This document shows positions 36,343-47,107 of a stretch of 64,000 nt of DNA, piece after piece. The notes beneath the pieces were generated by a model that was not told where the DNA came from, searched no databases, and saw only the letters and a list, made by a program, of their open reading frames with translations. Position numbers and translations under genes: made by a program. Positions within the stretch are counted from its first letter, which is position 1. Every line of letters begins with the position of its first letter. Source of the stretch: an uncultured archaeon (lineage in GTDB: Archaea > Asgardarchaeota > Lokiarchaeia > Sigyniarchaeales > SOKP01); contig CAZWEM010000007.1 in the NCBI GenBank assembly GCA_964632315.1, positions 48,571-112,570 on the forward strand, given 5' to 3'.

Positions 36343-37032
36343 TTAACCTAAAACCTCTAATCCAGCTTTCAAATGAATAGTTAAAGTGTTGAATAACTGA
36401 ATTTTAACATCATTCTCTTTAATTAACAATGGAATTTCTGTACAACCTAAGATGATACCTTGTGCTCCTTGGGAGGAGAGCCTATCAATAATATCAATGA
36501 ATTTCTTTTTGGTTGATTTTCTAAATTCACCTTGAGCAAGTTCGTTATATATTGCATTATGGATGTAATTTCTATCATCTTGAGGAGGCAAAAGTACCCT
36601 TAAATTATGATTCTTGGCTAACCTCTCCACATAGAAACCTTCTTCCATCGTGAATTTAGTCCCTAATAATCCCACTTTTTCAAATCTTTTTTCTTTAATG
36701 ACTTTTGCAGTTTCATCTACCACATGAATCAAAGGTATATGAACTTGCTTTTCTATCTCATCTGCAACTTTGTGCATTGTGTTAGAGCAAATTAATATTG
36801 CCGAACTTCCTGCTAGTTCAAGCTTTTTAGAAATATCAACCATTATAGCAGCAATCTCATCCCATTTGCCTTCATTTTGTAAGGGAAGAATTTCCCCGAA
36901 ATTTACGGAGTACAGTAACAATTTTGCTGAACTCCAACCTCCTAATTTTTCTTTTATCATTTCATTTAGGATTCTATAATATTCAATAGTACTCTCCCAA
37001 CTCATTCCACCTATTAGTCCAAGAGTTTTCAT
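36343..37032 (-). CDS. Aspartate/glutamate racemase family (YgeA/RacX-like)
   Basis: GLIGGMSWEST, ICSNTMH, LGCTEI two-Cys active site. Confidence 0.92.
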   Translation of the reverse strand: MKTLGLIGGMSWESTIEYYRILNEMIKEKLGGWSSAKLLLYSVNFGEILPLQNEGKWDEIAAIMVDISKKLELAGSSAILICSNTMHKVADEIEKQVHIPLIHVVDETAKVIKEKRFEKVGLLGTKFTMEEGFYVERLAKNHNLRVLLPPQDDRNYIHNAIYNELAQGEFRKSTKKKFIDIIDRLSSQGAQGIILGCTEIPLLIKENDVKIQLFNTLTIHLKAGLEVLG

Positions 37033-37135
37033 TTTTCACACGAATACTTTTGTTTTCAAATAATCAGATTTTATTTTAAATTTTTTTCATAATTTTTAAT
37101 ATTCTTCAAACTTTAGTATGATATTGATTAAATAG

Positions 37136-38890
37136 GTGAAACAAAAAAGTATGACAATTTTATTAAATCCTAAGAAACATAGTCGATATTATCCCGATGA
37201 GAAATCCAAGGAGATAATGGTAAAAACAATCGAGTTCTTTGAGAATAGAGGTCTGGCCAAGATGAAGGAAGATGATCATAACAGAGTTTGGTATGCTGAC
37301 TTCCTTGAATTCCAGAAAAAGGAAAAATTATTTGCTCAACTTTTAACTCCTGCACAATATGGAAAAGGGGACAGCTATCGTTGGGATACTTGGAGGATAT
37401 GCGAGTTTAATGAGATCCTCGCGTTTTATGGCTTAAGTTATTGGTACACTTGGCAAGTTTCCATTTTAGGTTTAGGACCCATCTGGATGAGTGATAATGA
37501 GTTGGCTAAAAAGAAGGCAGCACAATTACTTGATGAAGGCGCAATTTTTGCTTTTGGGCTTTCTGAAAAGGAACACGGAGCTGACATTTATGGAACTGAG
37601 ATGGCACTCACACCTCAAGGAGACGGGACTTATAAAGCAAATGGAGAAAAGTATTATATCGGAAATGGTAATGAAGCAGAAATGGTTTCAACCTTTGGGA
37701 AATTTGCTGATAAAGATGGAAAAATTCCAGAATATAATATGAAAAATAAAGACCAATATGTCTTTTTTGTTGCAAATTATCGACATAAAAATTATGATTT
37801 AATTAAAAATGTATGTGATAGTCAAAATTACGTTGCAAATTTTGCGCTTAGAGATTATCCGATAACTGAGGATGATATACTTTCTAAGGGGGATGCTGCC
37901 TGGAATGCCTCACTCAATACTGTTAATGTGGGGAAGTATAATTTAGGATGGGCTTCAATAGGGATCTGCACGCACGCTTTTTATGAAGCGATTCATCATG
38001 CTGCTTATCGAAGACTATACAAGATACATGTAACAGACTTTCAACACGTTAAACAAAATTTCGTGGACGCTTATACTCGTTTAGTTGCTATGAAACTCTT
38101 TGGTTTGAGAACAGCTGATTACATGCGAAGTGCTTCAGAAAGGGATAGGAGGTACTTACTATATGCACCAGTCATGAAAATGAAAACTACCACGCAGGGT
38201 GAAGAAGTTATTAATCTATTGTGGGATGTTATTGCTGCTAAAGGTTTCGAAAAAGATGTTTATTTTGAAACTGCAGCAAAAGATATTCGAGCATTACCAA
38301 AACTTGAAGGAACAGTACATGTCAATATTGCGTTAATTTTAAAATTCATGCTCAATTTCTTCATGAATTACAAGAAATACGACCCTATTCCAAAGCAATA
38401 TCAAGCTAAAAATGATGACTTTTTGTTTAAACAAGGAGCTACTAGAGGGTTGGGGCGAATCCGATTACATGACTGGAAACCTGCATTTGAAAAGTTTGAT
38501 CTTCCAAATGTGAAAATATTCTTGGAACAAATTAAATTGTTTAATTTGTTTGGAGTAAAAGCCACTCCAACTGCGGAACAACAAAAAGATATGGATTTTA
38601 TGCTCGCCGGAATCGGTGAGATTTTCTCTCTAATTGTTTATGCACATTTAATTATTGAAAATGCACCGATCTATAATTTGGATGAAGATACGGTAGATCA
38701 AATCTTTGATTTCCTCGTGAGAGATTTCTCTAAGTATGCCCTCAATTTATATCATAAAACTAGCACATCTCCAGAACAGATGGAGTGGTGTTTAAAAATG
38801 ATAAAAAAACCAAATGTCGATCCCGAAAGGTTTTATCGCGTGTGGAATACAGTTTATTCCTTAAAAGATGAATATGAAATGAATAAATAA
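37136..38890 (+). CDS. Acyl-CoA dehydrogenase (FadE-like)
   Basis: FAFGLSEKEHGAD, NGEKYYIGN, LEGTVHVN. Confidence 0.9.
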   Translation: MKQKSMTILLNPKKHSRYYPDEKSKEIMVKTIEFFENRGLAKMKEDDHNRVWYADFLEFQKKEKLFAQLLTPAQYGKGDSYRWDTWRICEFNEILAFYGLSYWYTWQVSILGLGPIWMSDNELAKKKAAQLLDEGAIFAFGLSEKEHGADIYGTEMALTPQGDGTYKANGEKYYIGNGNEAEMVSTFGKFADKDGKIPEYNMKNKDQYVFFVANYRHKNYDLIKNVCDSQNYVANFALRDYPITEDDILSKGDAAWNASLNTVNVGKYNLGWASIGICTHAFYEAIHHAAYRRLYKIHVTDFQHVKQNFVDAYTRLVAMKLFGLRTADYMRSASERDRRYLLYAPVMKMKTTTQGEEVINLLWDVIAAKGFEKDVYFETAAKDIRALPKLEGTVHVNIALILKFMLNFFMNYKKYDPIPKQYQAKNDDFLFKQGATRGLGRIRLHDWKPAFEKFDLPNVKIFLEQIKLFNLFGVKATPTAEQQKDMDFMLAGIGEIFSLIVYAHLIIENAPIYNLDEDTVDQIFDFLVRDFSKYALNLYHKTSTSPEQMEWCLKMIKKPNVDPERFYRVWNTVYSLKDEYEMNK

Positions 38891-38909
38891 TTGGATGGGA
38901 AGGACCAGG

Positions 38910-39041
38910 ATGGAAGAAGAACTGAAAAAAAAAAAAGAAGGAGAATTAAGGAAAAAAATTATTCTTGGGTTTTTACTTTGCATGTTATTTGTAACCCCAA
39001 TTACTCTAATTTTATTACTTATTTGGTTTTATAACCCGTAG
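38910..39041 (+). CDS. Possible 43 aa single-TM microprotein
   Basis: MEEELKKKKEGELRKKIILGFLLCMLFVTPITLILLLIWFYNP*. Confidence 0.35.
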   Translation: MEEELKKKKEGELRKKIILGFLLCMLFVTPITLILLLIWFYNP

Positions 39042-39165
39042 ATATTAGGTTTTTTAATGGTTTTATCCTATATGTTTACTTTTAATAAATTAAAAAAAGT
39101 TCTAATCTTTCATTTGAGAAAAAAAGGATATAACATTTAAAAATAAAACGCCTAATAGAAATTGG

Positions 39166-40713
39166 TTATGTTCTGCCGTAAATTTCACTGATATGGGCTA
39201 AATTAGAATTATAATTTTCATTTAATTGATCCCAAGTGAATCTCCACTCCCAATTATCTTCGGTTTTTCCAGGGACATTCATTCTTGCTTCATCATCTAA
39301 TCTGAGAAGATCTTGTAATGGAATCACTGCCATATTTGCCACAGAACCCCAAATAAGACGAATTAGAACACCCACCATATCGTCATCGAAGGAATTGACA
39401 TAATCTATAAGATTATTTTTCTTCTTAGCAGATAACCCATTGAACCAGGATTTGGTGGTTTGGTTGTCATGAGTGCCAGTATAAACAATTGAATTTTGAA
39501 TATAATTATGGGGTAAATATTTATGTTGAGAGGGATCCGAAGGCTTAGAGGGATCTGGGGATTCCTCAAAGGCAAATTGTAAGACTCTAATGCCTGGATA
39601 TCCTGTATGTTGTAGTAATTTATCTACTTCAGGAGTAATGAGCCCTAAATCTTCTGCAATTATTGCTAATTCTCCCAAGTTTTGTTTTATTTTCTGAAAC
39701 AAATCAATTCCTGGCCCTGGTTTCCACTCACCTCTCACTGCTGTCTCCTCGATAGCCGGAATTTGCCAATAAGATTCAAAGCCCCGAAAATGATCAATTC
39801 GTAATATATCAACCATTCGAAAAGAATTTTTAATTCTTTGGATCCACCATTTATAATCTTGCTTTTTCATCTCTTCCCAGTTATATAACGGATTACCCCA
39901 ACGCTGTCCTGTTGATGAAAAGTAATCAGGAGGAACTCCTGATACGTATAATAATTCTCTATCGTCATCTAGCTGATAAAATTCAGGATGTATCCATACA
40001 TCAACTGAATCATATGCTACAAAAATTGGAAGATCCCCTATGATCTTGATATTCTTTTGATTTGCATAATTTTTCGCTTCTTTCCATTGTTTAAAAAACA
40101 AGAATTGAGTAAATTTATGGAACCTAACTTCAAATTTATGATCTTTTTCCCATTTTTTAATAGCTACGGGATCATGAAATCTCAAATCCTGTTCCCATTC
40201 ATTCCATGCTTTTAATTCGTTAGCTAACTTAATTGACATGAATATGCTAAAATCATCCAACCAAGACGATTCATCTTTAATAAAAACCTTGAACTCTTGA
40301 ATTATCGAGGGAATGCTGTCTTTCTGAAAATGCTTAAAAGCTGTTTCTAAAACATTCCATTTATATTTAATCACCTTTCCAAAATCCACACGTGAGTCTG
40401 GAAATGTTTCGGTCGGTTCACATTCCTTTGACGATACTAAATTCATTTCAATCAATTTTTCGGGACTTATTAACATGGGATTCCCAGCAAACGAAGAAAA
40501 GCTTTGATAAGGAGAATTAGCATAACCAGTAGGACCTAACGGAAGGATTTGCCAGAGATTTTGTTTATATTTGTATAAAAAATCAATAAAATTATATAAC
40601 TCGGGACCAAGATCACCTATTCCATATTGACTTGGGAAACAAGTAGGGTGAACTAAGATACCCCCCATTCGTCTATTAGAAGGATTATTTTGGTTTAAAT
40701 TCATTTCATTCAT
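39166..40713 (-). CDS. malQ: 4-alpha-glucanotransferase (GH77)
   Basis: WQILPLGP, SPYQS, RIDHFRG, IAEDLG, YTGTHDN. Confidence 0.95.
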   Translation of the reverse strand: MNEMNLNQNNPSNRRMGGILVHPTCFPSQYGIGDLGPELYNFIDFLYKYKQNLWQILPLGPTGYANSPYQSFSSFAGNPMLISPEKLIEMNLVSSKECEPTETFPDSRVDFGKVIKYKWNVLETAFKHFQKDSIPSIIQEFKVFIKDESSWLDDFSIFMSIKLANELKAWNEWEQDLRFHDPVAIKKWEKDHKFEVRFHKFTQFLFFKQWKEAKNYANQKNIKIIGDLPIFVAYDSVDVWIHPEFYQLDDDRELLYVSGVPPDYFSSTGQRWGNPLYNWEEMKKQDYKWWIQRIKNSFRMVDILRIDHFRGFESYWQIPAIEETAVRGEWKPGPGIDLFQKIKQNLGELAIIAEDLGLITPEVDKLLQHTGYPGIRVLQFAFEESPDPSKPSDPSQHKYLPHNYIQNSIVYTGTHDNQTTKSWFNGLSAKKKNNLIDYVNSFDDDMVGVLIRLIWGSVANMAVIPLQDLLRLDDEARMNVPGKTEDNWEWRFTWDQLNENYNSNLAHISEIYGRT

Positions 40714-40826
40714 GTTTAGTTACTTGATTATTCTACGCTATATAAATTGCTGGACTTAAAATCATTAAGCAAAATGTAATAAAGCTCTTGAATCATTGCA
40801 GAATCTAATAAAAAAATAAGTTATTA

Positions 40827-42050
40827 TTAATGAGTTTTTCCTGCCGCCCTCTGGGTAAGGAGGTCCATTTGATTCTTTACGGGAACTATTTCTCGCACTT
40901 TTTCTAGAAAAATAGCCTCTTCAGGACAATTAGAGGCACAGAGCCCGCACCCTATGCATCTATCTATCCTAATTTTAATTTTATCATCAGAGAGATCTTC
41001 TTTATGAGGCCAATGATGATAAATCGCTTCCATTGGACAAATACTCAAACAAGATTCGCATAAAGTGCACAGTTCTTGTTTGATTCTAGGTTCAAAATTA
41101 GATTTAGTAATTGAACCATAGTTATTGAGTTCTTTAACCGACTTTAAAAACCCACAACAACAAGAGCAACAATTGCAAACAAAGGTCGCTGTATCTTGCA
41201 TGTTAAATGTTTCATGTACCAAGCCTTCTTTTTCAGCTCTTTCCATTATCTCCATCAATTCATCCAATGACACTTCCCTTCCTACTCCTTGTTCAATAAC
41301 CATCTTTGCTAATGTTCCAGTAGTAACACAATAATTTTCATCAGTTTGTTTGCAGGGTTCTCCAGCTAATTTTGCTGCATTTCTACAACTACACGGCACA
41401 ACAGCATATAATTTAGGATTAGCTTTTTCCAAATATTCTTTTAATATTTCGAAAGGTAAAATTTGATATTTACCTTCAACAGATTTCTCTATTTCGAGTA
41501 CCTTTTCGGTGGGTTTTATTGCTGGAATAACACGATAAATTGTATAATCGCTGGCACTTAATTCATATGGAAATCCAATCTTCTGTAATTCTAAGTGTGC
41601 TTCTGCAGCTTTTTTCATCCTCTCTGGATCATCCCTGTTAGTAGTAAAATATACCTCAAATCCACCCGGTAAGTAAGGTAATAGAAGGTATAAAGTCCCC
41701 AATTTTATCAGTTTTCCTTTATTATACATGTCTTCAAGAACTTCTGTTAATTCATCTATGGGAACATTTGATAACCTTGATATTTTCTTAATGTTCATTG
41801 GAGTACTCACTTTCTCAAAGCTTGAGGTCAAGATCTGAGCTTCTCTTTCTGTAAACATATTTTTCAGTAATTTCATTGAGATTGGATGTTTCGGTAATCC
41901 AATAACATTCTCACCCTTGCTCAATAATAAACGAAGATTCTCATACAAATCTGTCGTATCCATCTTATCATTCCTCATTTTAGAAATTTTATTTAATATG
42001 AATGATTTTGTCTTGGCAATATATAAATGTAAATAAAAACCATACGTCAT
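40827..42050 (-). CDS. 4Fe-4S dicluster-domain protein (true start probably MDTTDLYE near 41963)
   Basis: PCSCR, CNCCSCCC, CTLCESCLSICP, CIGCGLCASNCP. Confidence 0.85.
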   Translation of the reverse strand: MTYGFYLHLYIAKTKSFILNKISKMRNDKMDTTDLYENLRLLLSKGENVIGLPKHPISMKLLKNMFTEREAQILTSSFEKVSTPMNIKKISRLSNVPIDELTEVLEDMYNKGKLIKLGTLYLLLPYLPGGFEVYFTTNRDDPERMKKAAEAHLELQKIGFPYELSASDYTIYRVIPAIKPTEKVLEIEKSVEGKYQILPFEILKEYLEKANPKLYAVVPCSCRNAAKLAGEPCKQTDENYCVTTGTLAKMVIEQGVGREVSLDELMEIMERAEKEGLVHETFNMQDTATFVCNCCSCCCGFLKSVKELNNYGSITKSNFEPRIKQELCTLCESCLSICPMEAIYHHWPHKEDLSDDKIKIRIDRCIGCGLCASNCPEEAIFLEKVREIVPVKNQMDLLTQRAAGKTH

Positions 42051-42064
42051 GTGGCTTTTACTAC

Positions 42065-42124
42065 TTAAGTTAAGTCTTCATTCAACAGTAACCAAAGTTT
42101 CTCATACAATTCTGTTGTACTCAT
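42065..42124 (-). pseudogene. 19-codon fragment duplicating the N-terminus of the downstream 4Fe-4S gene
   Basis: MSTTELYEKLWLLLNEDLT* versus MDTTDLYENLRLLLSKGE. Confidence 0.6.
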
Positions 42125-42231
42125 TATAGATATGATTAAAGTTATAGTAATCGAAATTACCTCGTTAAATTTGTCTTTGATTTTAGAACAAAAACATTAA
42201 AATTAAAGTTGAATCTTAATATCTTCCAAAT

Positions 42232-43215
42232 ATGGTTAACTTCGAATTAATAAAAATTGACTCAGAGTTTGAAAAGATATTAAAAGAAGATCAAGAATTA
42301 AAAGAAGTAGCAGCACGAGAATTTGCGAAATCGGAAGGCATTCCGGTCGAAAATGCAATAGAAATGAAAGGAGATTGGAATCTTATTTTAGGGTTAAACA
42401 GATTTACAACGGAATATATTGGAGATTTTCAAAAGAATTATATTCCTGAAACTGTAATTTCAAAAAAGTTCAAGATCAAAGAAGTCAATGCTGAATGGAC
42501 AATTGTACCGAACAGTAGAGAAGAAAGAGCATTCCTTTACTTCTTTGGTGGTGGATATATTATGGGAAGCTTGAGTGCAAGCAGTTATATCCGATATTTA
42601 TTAGGTAGGTATACTGGTGTAAATGTTCTTGGAATAGACTATTCTCTTGCTCCAGAAATGCCATTTCCTGCAGCATTAGATGATGCAATAAGTAGTTATG
42701 AGTGGCTTTTATCCAATGGTTATAACGCTCAAAATATTATAATTGGAGGGAGCTCTGCCGGAGGAGGTCTTGCCATGGCAATGTTATTAAAAGCGAAAGA
42801 ACTAGGCTTAAAGTTTCCAAAAGCAGCAGTTTTAATCTCTCCATGGGTTGATTTAACTTGTAGGGCTAAATCAATCAAAAAATCGAGGGAAATCGAGCCA
42901 GAATTAGCTACTGGATTAAAACCAATGGCTTCCTTATATGCAAAAGGAGAAAACAAAAAAAATCCTTATATTTCACCAGTATTTGGCGATCTAAATAAAC
43001 TCCCACCGCTTTTGATCCATGCTGGGAGTGTTGAGGGTCTTCTTGATGATGCTCAACTATTGGCTAAGAATGCTAAGTTTCAAAATGTAGAAGTTGAATT
43101 GAAAATATGGGATAACATGCCGCATGATTTTCAGACTTATGGAGATAATCATCCTACAGGTAAACTCGCATTTGAAGATATTTCTGATTTTGTTCAAAGA
43201 CACTTTAACCTTTAA
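42232..43215 (+). CDS. HSL-family alpha/beta hydrolase (esterase)
   Basis: FGGGY oxyanion loop, GSSAGG nucleophile elbow, MPHDF. Confidence 0.9.
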   Translation: MVNFELIKIDSEFEKILKEDQELKEVAAREFAKSEGIPVENAIEMKGDWNLILGLNRFTTEYIGDFQKNYIPETVISKKFKIKEVNAEWTIVPNSREERAFLYFFGGGYIMGSLSASSYIRYLLGRYTGVNVLGIDYSLAPEMPFPAALDDAISSYEWLLSNGYNAQNIIIGGSSAGGGLAMAMLLKAKELGLKFPKAAVLISPWVDLTCRAKSIKKSREIEPELATGLKPMASLYAKGENKKNPYISPVFGDLNKLPPLLIHAGSVEGLLDDAQLLAKNAKFQNVEVELKIWDNMPHDFQTYGDNHPTGKLAFEDISDFVQRHFNL

Positions 43216-43257
43216 ATCTAAGAGGTTTAACCATATTTTAATTTCTAAATTATAATT

Positions 43258-45717
43258 TTAGCTATAAAATTTATACTGTTCTTTTATGTGATCGAGGTTT
43301 CTTTGTGTTGTGGATAACATTTGATAATCTTCTATCTCTTTATATATCGTGACTGCTCTTTCTAAAAGATTTATTGCTTTTTCATAATCCTTCTTGAACT
43401 TATATAATACTGTCCCTAAATTATTTAGCGCTTTAGCAATTCCTGGCTTAATTTCCAAATCTTCCATAATGCTTAATGCCTTAGTATAAGTACCAATACA
43501 TTCATCATGCTTTCCGATATCACCTAAAATTCCTCCAATATTAAAAAGCTGATTCGCAGCTTCATGTAAGTTCTCCAAAGATCGTGCAATACTATGTGCT
43601 TTCTTATATTCCTCTAAAGCTTTTTCAAATTGTCTTCGAGCTTCATAAATTGAACCCCTATTTCCATAGCGTACTGCCAAATGAATTTTTTCTCCGATAT
43701 TTTCAGCAATTTCAATGGATTGATTGAAATAATCGTATGCTTTATCATAATTTCCTCTCACCCTAAAGATCAATCCGATATTATTCAAGCTAGTCGCTTG
43801 GCCCGATAGGTCATCTAATTCTTTTCTAATTTTATAAGCATCATTATAAAACCTCATTGCATCGTCAAGTTTTCCTATAGAAAAATAAATACCACCAATT
43901 GCATTACCTGCAAGTGATTTGATTCTTAATTTTTTAATTTTATCTGCGATTTTGTATGCACGATCTAAATAACTTAGTGCTTCTTTGTTATATCCCGCAA
44001 TTCTATAAATATTTCCAATGGTGTTTAAGTTAGATGCCATATCATCCAAATCTCCCAATAGTTCATCAATTTTAAGAGCTTCTGATGCATTCTTCAATGC
44101 CGGGTCTAATAATCCTTGAGATAGATAAATACTTGCTAAGTTGTTATAACATAATGCCTTATTTGATAGATCTCCATTTCGTTCTGCTATTTCAAGTGCT
44201 TGTTCAATATTTTTAGTAGCATTTTGAATATCTCCACTTGATCGATATATGACTCCTAAACCATTTAAAATCGAAAATTTTAATATATAAGGTGTTTGCT
44301 CCGTAATTAAATTAGATGCGTCGATGATATGTTTCAAGGCATACTTAAAATCTCCCTTTTTTCTATAGTATTCTCCAATATTAAGAAGAACTCCAATTTT
44401 TTCATTTATTTGATTTAAATTCTCGGTCAATTGAAGAGTCTTTTCAAAATATTCAAATGCTTGTTCTGGTTTGCCAATCGTAAGAGATAATAATCCAATT
44501 GCATTGGTGAAATATAGTTCATTTATATCATTCTTCTCGTTCTTAGCAAGATCTAAACCTCTTAAAGCGGTTCTCTCAGCATCTTCTGTATTACCCAATT
44601 CATTATAAATCTCATGAGCAAGACGATATTTAGAGGATTTTGATGCTTCGAAATGGTTTTCTTTCATATATTCACTAAAACTGGGTACCTTTCTAACCGA
44701 ATCTTCATTTAAAGTTTCAAAATTCTCTTTAAATATTGGAGCTAACTTGGTCTTTACAAAATTAATCGTGTTAGTCGTGATTTTAAATACCTCAATATTC
44801 TTTTTAGATGCTAATTCAAGTAATAAAAAGTCCTGTTTCGAAACAGATGAGCTGGGTTGTAGTTTTGAGAATTTAATTGGGAGATATTTAAAAATTTCCA
44901 CTCCTTGCATATCTTGTACGTGTTCAACCCAAATAATTCGCTTTAAACCCTCTAATTCTTTAAGCATTGGACTGATATCAAAATCATCACTACCGGAGTA
45001 CCCCATTATAACCAGATCGCGGTATTGCATAATCTTGTCTATTAATTTCTTTTTGTACGGTTCGATGGCAAAAGTCTTACCCTTTTCCCTATCCTTGCCA
45101 AGAGCGCTTATTGTCGTTATTAATGAATCTTTTGTAGGTCTCCCTTTAATACAATCCCATTTAGATCCATGGATTTTAATGATTGGAAATTGGGATTGTA
45201 TATTTTTTTCATAATCTTCCTTAGTGATGATAACCATAACTTTTTGGTGATATGGATGAGACATGAGAAATTGTGAAAGTTTTGCCTTTAAGCCCATTTC
45301 AAGTAAATAGTCAAAATTGGTGGTTACAACATAGTTATATCGCATTATCATATTTGCTAGAAAGATATGGTTGGCATTCGGTTCCTTTACTTCATCTAAA
45401 TAATCTAAAAATCGAACTTCTTTATCAAACAAGCTTTGGATTTTTTCTACTAAAAATTCATATCTCAATGTGCCTAATTGGGATAATTTTTCAATTTCTT
45501 CTTTAGGTGCATAATAAGTAAATAATTCTTTCACGAATTGTCGTGCAGAAGGAACGCAAGAAGGAGGATCCATTGAGATTCCAGCACCAACTAAAAACGT
45601 ATAACGTTGCTGCTCATTGAACAAATTGTTTATTTCATTATTTTGCTCTTCTTTTGGAACCTTGAGTATTAGGTTATTTTGAATTATATCATTCATAAGT
45701 AAGTACAATTTTTTCAA
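43258..45717 (-). CDS. SIR2-like (SIR2_2) domain plus long TPR array
   Basis: FLVGAGIS, VTTNFD, KIHGS, GYSGSD; about 11 TPR-like repeats (NNIG/NNLA...A...A pattern). Confidence 0.88.
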   Translation of the reverse strand: MKKLYLLMNDIIQNNLILKVPKEEQNNEINNLFNEQQRYTFLVGAGISMDPPSCVPSARQFVKELFTYYAPKEEIEKLSQLGTLRYEFLVEKIQSLFDKEVRFLDYLDEVKEPNANHIFLANMIMRYNYVVTTNFDYLLEMGLKAKLSQFLMSHPYHQKVMVIITKEDYEKNIQSQFPIIKIHGSKWDCIKGRPTKDSLITTISALGKDREKGKTFAIEPYKKKLIDKIMQYRDLVIMGYSGSDDFDISPMLKELEGLKRIIWVEHVQDMQGVEIFKYLPIKFSKLQPSSSVSKQDFLLLELASKKNIEVFKITTNTINFVKTKLAPIFKENFETLNEDSVRKVPSFSEYMKENHFEASKSSKYRLAHEIYNELGNTEDAERTALRGLDLAKNEKNDINELYFTNAIGLLSLTIGKPEQAFEYFEKTLQLTENLNQINEKIGVLLNIGEYYRKKGDFKYALKHIIDASNLITEQTPYILKFSILNGLGVIYRSSGDIQNATKNIEQALEIAERNGDLSNKALCYNNLASIYLSQGLLDPALKNASEALKIDELLGDLDDMASNLNTIGNIYRIAGYNKEALSYLDRAYKIADKIKKLRIKSLAGNAIGGIYFSIGKLDDAMRFYNDAYKIRKELDDLSGQATSLNNIGLIFRVRGNYDKAYDYFNQSIEIAENIGEKIHLAVRYGNRGSIYEARRQFEKALEEYKKAHSIARSLENLHEAANQLFNIGGILGDIGKHDECIGTYTKALSIMEDLEIKPGIAKALNNLGTVLYKFKKDYEKAINLLERAVTIYKEIEDYQMLSTTQRNLDHIKEQYKFYS

Positions 45718-45937
45718 TTTTTTATGGAAATAAAGAATTCAAAATTAAAAATTTAATTAAATCACCATTTTTGAACGCAAACCTTTCGTATTGAAATTTA
45801 CAGAAGGCTTTTATCCGTATAGCAAGAGATCTCTTAAAAAACTAAATTTTTGATGCCCTTTTTTAGATAATATTTACACTAAAATCTGAAAGATTTACCA
45901 CAAGAATTAAATATCTTATTAACAATACGATCCTCAA

Positions 45938-46414
45938 ATGAAGATAAAAATCTTACTATCAATGATATGTTGGTTCGTTTTAATTCTATTCAGTCTACAT
46001 TTTAATGTGGTTCAAGCACATCCACCTACAAATATGACTGGATCATATGATCAAAACACTGAAATCTTAACCGTTACAATAACACATCCAGTTTCAGACC
46101 CTAATAAGCACTACATCAAAATGATTGAAGTGAGAGTTAATGACACCGTTGTCTTAACTGAATATTATACGAGTCAACCCAATTCGAATATATTTACTTA
46201 CAAATATTCAATTGTCGCGGGTGATGGAGCATACATTTTAATAGAAGCCCGATGTAATGAAAACGGGGGAATGAGTATCTCAGTAATCGTAGGAGAACCT
46301 ACTGGTCTAAAAATTCCGGGATTTACTGAATTTTTTTGGATATTAGGAATTTGTTTTTTCATCGCAATTATCATAACCATTAGAAATAGGAAAATTTTTC
46401 ATCAATCCAAATAA
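45938..46414 (+). CDS. Exported superoxide-reductase/desulfoferrodoxin-like fold protein with IPGF-TM-basic sorting signal
   Basis: Signal peptide; AHPP, THPVSDPNKHYI, ARCN; IPGF + TM + RNRK tail. Confidence 0.6.
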   Translation: MKIKILLSMICWFVLILFSLHFNVVQAHPPTNMTGSYDQNTEILTVTITHPVSDPNKHYIKMIEVRVNDTVVLTEYYTSQPNSNIFTYKYSIVAGDGAYILIEARCNENGGMSISVIVGEPTGLKIPGFTEFFWILGICFFIAIIITIRNRKIFHQSK

Positions 46415-46543
46415 CATGCAAATATAGGAATATCCTATATTTTTCTATAATATTTAAGCTTTAATTTTATAAAGATGAGAGTTATCCACTATTATAGAAT
46501 AGAACTCAATTTTAGAACATGTTCGAAAATGTTATTAAATTGA

Positions 46544-47107
46544 ATGTTTCGTGAGTATAATTTAGAGATGGTAAAAAAGATGATGCCAATTGGACCATTA
46601 ATGAAAGAACATCGATTAATTGAGAAAATGATTGAACATATAGATAATGAAATCGAAAGAATGGAAAAATTTAATAAGGCAAATCCGCTTTTCATTGATA
46701 CTGCTGTTGATTTCATTAGAATGTATGCGGATAGAACTCATCATGGTAAAGAAGAAGAGATTCTATTTAGAGAGTTAGGTAAGAAAGATTTATCTCCGAA
46801 TCATAAGAAAATTATGGAAGAACTCGTAGAAGAACATAAATGGGCAAGAAGAATAGTAGGAAATCTCGTCGAAGCTAAAAATAGATACGTAAATGGTAAA
46901 GTTGATGAAGTGGGAGACATTATAAATTTGATGAGTGAACTGGTTGAATTTTATCCAAAACACATTGAAAAGGAGGATAAGCATTTTTTCATACCGGTAA
47001 TGAAATATTTCAGTCAAGAAGAGCAAGATCAAATGCTCCAAGAATATTGGGATTTTGATAAAACTCTTATACACGAGAAATATGAAAAAGTAGTAGAATC
47101 TCTCTAA
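46544..47107 (+). CDS. Hemerythrin/HHE domain protein
   Basis: LMKEH, HHGKEE, EEH, HIEKED; true start probably MMPIGP. Confidence 0.9.
   Translation: MFREYNLEMVKKMMPIGPLMKEHRLIEKMIEHIDNEIERMEKFNKANPLFIDTAVDFIRMYADRTHHGKEEEILFRELGKKDLSPNHKKIMEELVEEHKWARRIVGNLVEAKNRYVNGKVDEVGDIINLMSELVEFYPKHIEKEDKHFFIPVMKYFSQEEQDQMLQEYWDFDKTLIHEKYEKVVESL

Noticed and set aside
39039-39135. Possible TAG (pyrrolysine) read-through extending the 38910 microprotein
   Set aside because: The frame stays open about 30 codons after TAG, but the sequence is low-complexity AT-rich and there is no pyl or homology evidence
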